From NCBI GenBank assembly GCA_043228905.1, contig JBHGNT010000004.1, positions 15,500,001-15,564,000 on the forward strand: a stretch of DNA of 64,000 bases. Direction: 5' to 3'. The notes beneath the pieces were generated by a model. It worked only from the letters and a program-made list of their open reading frames with translations, searched no databases and was not told the origin of the DNA. This DNA is from Azolla caroliniana (Eukaryota > Plantae > Polypodiophyta). Below are positions 60,003 to 64,000 of the stretch, piece by piece. How positions within the stretch are numbered: the stretch's first letter is position 1; each line of letters starts with the position of its first letter. Both the position numbers and the translations under genes were made by a program.

Positions 60003-62627
60003 ATGATCAGAAGAAGGTGGTTACCATATAATGGAGATGTTGGCTTTGTGGGTTTACTCAAGTCTTGCGCCAAAGAGAAGGACCTTCAAAAAGGCACGAA
60101 AATCCATTCCAACATCCGAGAACATTATCGGTGTCTTGAAATGAGCCTGTACATAGCAAATTCTTTAATTAGCATGTATGCCAAATGTGGAGATTTCCCG
60201 AAAGCAAGAGAAGTCCTCGAAGAAATTCCGACTCGGAATGTTGTCTCTTGGAATGCATTAATATCTGGATATACCCATCAAGACCAATTCAACGAAGCAT
60301 TGAAATGCTTTGAAGAGATTGAGCATGAGGGTCTTTTCCCAGATGAAATCACCTTCATTTGCATGTTAAAATGTTGTGGTAGAACAAGGGCTATAGAGAA
60401 GGGAAAATGGATCCATGATGAGATAATGAAGTCTAATCGAGGCTTATTGGATAAGCATACTCATGTTGGAAATGCTTTGGTTGATATGTATGCCAAATGC
60501 GGCGAGTTACAGAAAGCCAGAGAGGTGCTCGAGAAACTTCCAGTTCGAGATGTAGTCTCTTGGAACACACTAATGGAAGGATATAACCATCATGGGCGAG
60601 GTCACAAAGTCATGGACTGCTTTGAAAAGATGCGAAGTGAGAATCTCTCTCCGGATGATGTCACCTTCTTGTCCATCTTGAAAGCGTGTGCTAGCACAAA
60701 ATCTATAGAGAAAGGCGAACAAATTCATGATGAGATTGTTAGGGAGGGCTTACTGGAGAAGAATGTTGTGGTTAGCACTGCTTTGGTAGATATGTATGCT
60801 AAATGTGGTATGATGGACAAAGCCAAAGAGGTGCTAGAAGGACTTCTTGTTCATGATGTAGTTTCTTGGAATGCATTGATCACTGGGTATGCTCAAGTGG
60901 GCCGACATTATGAAGCCAATATGTGTCTTGAACGTATGAGAAATATGGGTCTTTGTCCTGATGCCATCACATTACTTTCCATCTTGAAGGCTTGTGGTTG
61001 TATAGATGCTATAGAAAAGGGAAAGAAAGTTCACAATGAGGTTCTTAGTAGGGGATTCTTAGAGAAGGACATTATACTCGGCAACGCCGTGGTGGTTATG
61101 TATGCAAAATTAGGCATGCTTGAAAGAGCTCAGCGCGTTCTAGAAGAGCTTCATGTTCGTAATCTAGTATCTTGGTCTGCGATGATTGCAGGATATGAGC
61201 AACAAGGGCAAGATCATGAAGCGGTGAAATGTTTTGAGCAAATGAAGTGTGAGGGCTTATCACCAGATGCAGTCACCTTCATTTCTATCTTGAAAGTGTG
61301 TGGTAAAAGTGGAGCCATAGACAAGGGTGAACAAATTCATGAAGAAATTTTGAGAAGGGGATTGCTAGGGAGGGACATAGTTCTTAGTACTGCTTTGGTG
61401 GACATGTATGCTAAATGTGGCATAACTGCAAAAGCAAAAGAGCTTCTAGAAAAGCTTCCTGTTCAAGATTCAGTTTCTTGGAATGCATTGATTGCCGGAT
61501 ATATCAAACAAAGGCAAGTTCATGAAGCATTGAAATGTCTAGAACGAATGGAAAGTGAGGGTCTTTATCCAAATGTGGTCACATTCATTTCCATCTTGAA
61601 GGCATGTGGAAGCATTGGAGACATAGATAACGGAAAGAGAATCCACAATGAGATTGAAAGCAGGGGTCTTTTACAGAAACATGTTTTCCTGGGCACTGCT
61701 ATAGTGGATATGTATGCAAAGTTTGGTTTCCTTCCAAAAGCACATGAAGTGCTTGAAAGTCTTTCTATTCGAAATGCAGTATCATGGAATGCATTGATTG
61801 CTGGGTGTGTTGAGCAAGGACAAGCTCATGAGGCATTGAATTGTTTTGAACGGATGCGAAGCGAGGGTCTCGCTGTAGATGTAGCCACCCTTATATCTAT
61901 ACTGAAGGCATGTGGTAGCATAGGGGCATTAGACAAAGGAATACAAATTCACTATGAGGTTTCGAGAATGGCACATCTGGAAAAGGATATTTTGCTTCAG
62001 ACTGCCTTGATTGATATGTATGCCAAATGTGGTAGGCTCGATCAAGCTCATGAAGTGCTCGAAAAGCTACCCATTCGAGATGTTGTTGCTTGGTCAGCAC
62101 TTATAACCGGGTATGCTGACCAAAAACAAGGTTATAAGGCAATCATTTGTTTTGAAAGAATGCAAAATGAGGGTCTCTTCCTTGATGAAGTTGCATTTTT
62201 GTGTGTTCTCACTGCATGTGGTCGTTCTGGACTCTTGTCTGAGGCCGAAGTGGTGTTTGCGAACATGATAAAAAAATATGGCATTTTGCCAATGAAAGAG
62301 CATCTTACTTGCATGATAATGACTCTTGGATGCCCAGGGGATTTTGATAAGACCATGTTGGTGATCAAATCAATGCCATGTTCACATCATTCGGCTGTTT
62401 GGATTGCATTGTTGGGCGCATGTAAGAAATGGGGAAATTTGGAGCTTGGGATGTTAGCTTTTGATCGAGCAATACAACTTGAACACACTTGTGCCACTGC
62501 CTATGTTTTGATGGGAGATATTTTTACTTTGTCGGGCATGCAAGAAAATGCCCAAAATATCGAATCCATGAGGTTTAAATATGCTTCTTCGGAGAAGGAC
62601 CAAAAACTAATGAGTGGGTGGATGTGA
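60003..62627 (+). CDS. PLS-class pentatricopeptide repeat protein with E domain, no DYW (putative organellar RNA-editing specificity factor)
   Basis: 874-aa intronless ORF. Seven repeats of about 102 aa, each with (D/S/V)MYAK(C/L/F)G...VVSWNALI.GY...P(D/N).VTF..ILKAC. E motif VWIALLGACKKWGNLELG...AYVLM. Start codon uncertain. Confidence 0.93.
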   Translation: MIRRRWLPYNGDVGFVGLLKSCAKEKDLQKGTKIHSNIREHYRCLEMSLYIANSLISMYAKCGDFPKAREVLEEIPTRNVVSWNALISGYTHQDQFNEALKCFEEIEHEGLFPDEITFICMLKCCGRTRAIEKGKWIHDEIMKSNRGLLDKHTHVGNALVDMYAKCGELQKAREVLEKLPVRDVVSWNTLMEGYNHHGRGHKVMDCFEKMRSENLSPDDVTFLSILKACASTKSIEKGEQIHDEIVREGLLEKNVVVSTALVDMYAKCGMMDKAKEVLEGLLVHDVVSWNALITGYAQVGRHYEANMCLERMRNMGLCPDAITLLSILKACGCIDAIEKGKKVHNEVLSRGFLEKDIILGNAVVVMYAKLGMLERAQRVLEELHVRNLVSWSAMIAGYEQQGQDHEAVKCFEQMKCEGLSPDAVTFISILKVCGKSGAIDKGEQIHEEILRRGLLGRDIVLSTALVDMYAKCGITAKAKELLEKLPVQDSVSWNALIAGYIKQRQVHEALKCLERMESEGLYPNVVTFISILKACGSIGDIDNGKRIHNEIESRGLLQKHVFLGTAIVDMYAKFGFLPKAHEVLESLSIRNAVSWNALIAGCVEQGQAHEALNCFERMRSEGLAVDVATLISILKACGSIGALDKGIQIHYEVSRMAHLEKDILLQTALIDMYAKCGRLDQAHEVLEKLPIRDVVAWSALITGYADQKQGYKAIICFERMQNEGLFLDEVAFLCVLTACGRSGLLSEAEVVFANMIKKYGILPMKEHLTCMIMTLGCPGDFDKTMLVIKSMPCSHHSAVWIALLGACKKWGNLELGMLAFDRAIQLEHTCATAYVLMGDIFTLSGMQENAQNIESMRFKYASSEKDQKLMSGWM

Positions 62628-63271
62628 CTGGGGAGGTTCATTCAGTTTTTGCTAGGAAGGTTACACAAGGCATCATGAAAATGTGACATACAACGGTGAG
62701 AGCAACTGCAACTAGAATATTGCCTATATGTGAATGGTCTACTATATGGACATAATGTGAACTGCATCTGCACTCACCAACACATACAATGGAGAAATCA
62801 TACATATTATGGTTAATATGCATATCTGCCACAATTCCATATCGCCATGTCACTCACGTAGAGAACCTAACTGTAAATTATGTTGTAGATTGATACTATT
62901 ATTGCAATAATAAAGAGTCCTATTGTGCGGTAACTCTTGGAAACCATGATTGCAAAAACAAGGATTTGTATAGTTGTAATATCGATACTGAGCATGTCCA
63001 ACATATGATGTGTTACTTGGGCCCATACATATATGTGTTCCCATTAATGATATTGTACATCCATGTAACGTATGTGTGTATAATCCTACTCAGTGCAATA
63101 AAACCATGTGCCTCTCATCAGCAACTCCTCCAAAGATTACTTTGTGGCTATTTAACATCCAAAGCTTTCTTTCAAAACATTTGATACATCAACTTAAAGA
63201 AGTTCCAGATTTCCTTGTTCCATTACGGCCAACCATTATTCGTGTTGTTCTGGCCTCATATTCCATGAAGT

Positions 63272-63835
63272 TTATTGTAGTAGACACTAAGTAAGAATGA
63301 GATCCATGATTTCAAGACTTGGACAATTATCTTGCAAGTTCCCACCTTGGTATAATTTACTACATTTCTCTGCCAACATTCCTGTGCTTCTAATGTTAAA
63401 AATACTCCAACCACAGAAGATGTTGGGAAGTATTTCAATAGTGCCTATGTTGAACTTTAAATGAGTATAAACAATCCTTTGTTTATCTATTGTCGCCCTT
63501 ACTCTCCAAAGAGATAGTACCCATTTACTTTATTGTAGTATTTCAATAGGCCTACCTTATTGTAGTAGACACTAAGTAAGAATGAGATCCATGATTTCAA
63601 GACTTGGACAATTATCTTGCAAGTTCCCGCCTTGGTATAATCTACTGCATTTCTCTGCCAACATTCCTGTGCTTCTAATGTTAAAAATACTCCAACCACA
63701 GAAGATGTTGGGAAGTATTTCAATAGTGCCTATGTTGAACTTTAAACAAGTATAAACGATCCTTTGTTTATCTATTGTCGCCCTTACTCTCCAAAGAGAT
63801 AGTACCCATTTACTTTTGTTTAGTTGGCCTACCTT
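63272..63835. repeat. 285-bp tandem duplication
   Basis: TTATTGTAGTAGACACTAAGTAAGAATGAG starts at 63272 and 63557. Confidence 0.92.
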
Positions 63836-64000
63836 TCTATGAATTATGGGACCCACAATATGCTAATGCTAGAGTCTCTTATGAAGAATATTGTCGAACG
63901 AGCAGAAACTTGTGTCTATTAAGAATATCCGGGTAGGAGAAACTACAAACCTCGTGACCTCATTGCAAAGACTTAGGAGGCCAGTATAAGCAGTTCTTTA

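Noticed and set aside
62638-64000. Short ORFs downstream of the PPR gene as a DYW exon or second gene
   Set aside because: No deaminase or other motif. The ORF similarity at 63256-63856 comes only from the 285-bp duplication.

Overview
Eukaryotic land-plant DNA, probably a fern or other seed-free plant (inferred from the PLS-type PPR gene and the Tcn1-like, Tat-like and Trp-primed retroelements). Bases 1-59,700 are almost entirely nested LTR retrotransposons. These comprise two Ty1/copia families (one copy expanded from about 6 kb to 35 kb by nested insertions, 20283-55577, TSD TATAG), three Tcn1/Tf1-like chromovirus relics, a Tat/Athila-like Gypsy group with a large extra coiled-coil ORF, and a tRNA-Trp-primed Gypsy group represented only by pol-less (gag or gag-PR) copies and solo LTRs. 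The only host gene is an intronless PLS-E PPR ORF at 60003-62627. Two observations stand out. First, the Tat-like group has no polypurine tract: in all four copies its place is taken by a structured mimic of the 3' half of tRNA-Arg ending in CCA, with a compensatory base-pair change between families, so each internal region is bracketed by two inward-facing tRNA-Arg primer sites (possible tRNA-primed or tRNA-mimic-primed plus-strand synthesis). Second, all six insertions of the Trp-primed group sit at 4-bp MCGK sites centred on CpG, and one family carries two divergent tRNA-like Pol III A/B-box cassettes in its LTR. Coordinates were read by eye. tRNA identities and lineage names come from recalled consensus sequences and need database confirmation.
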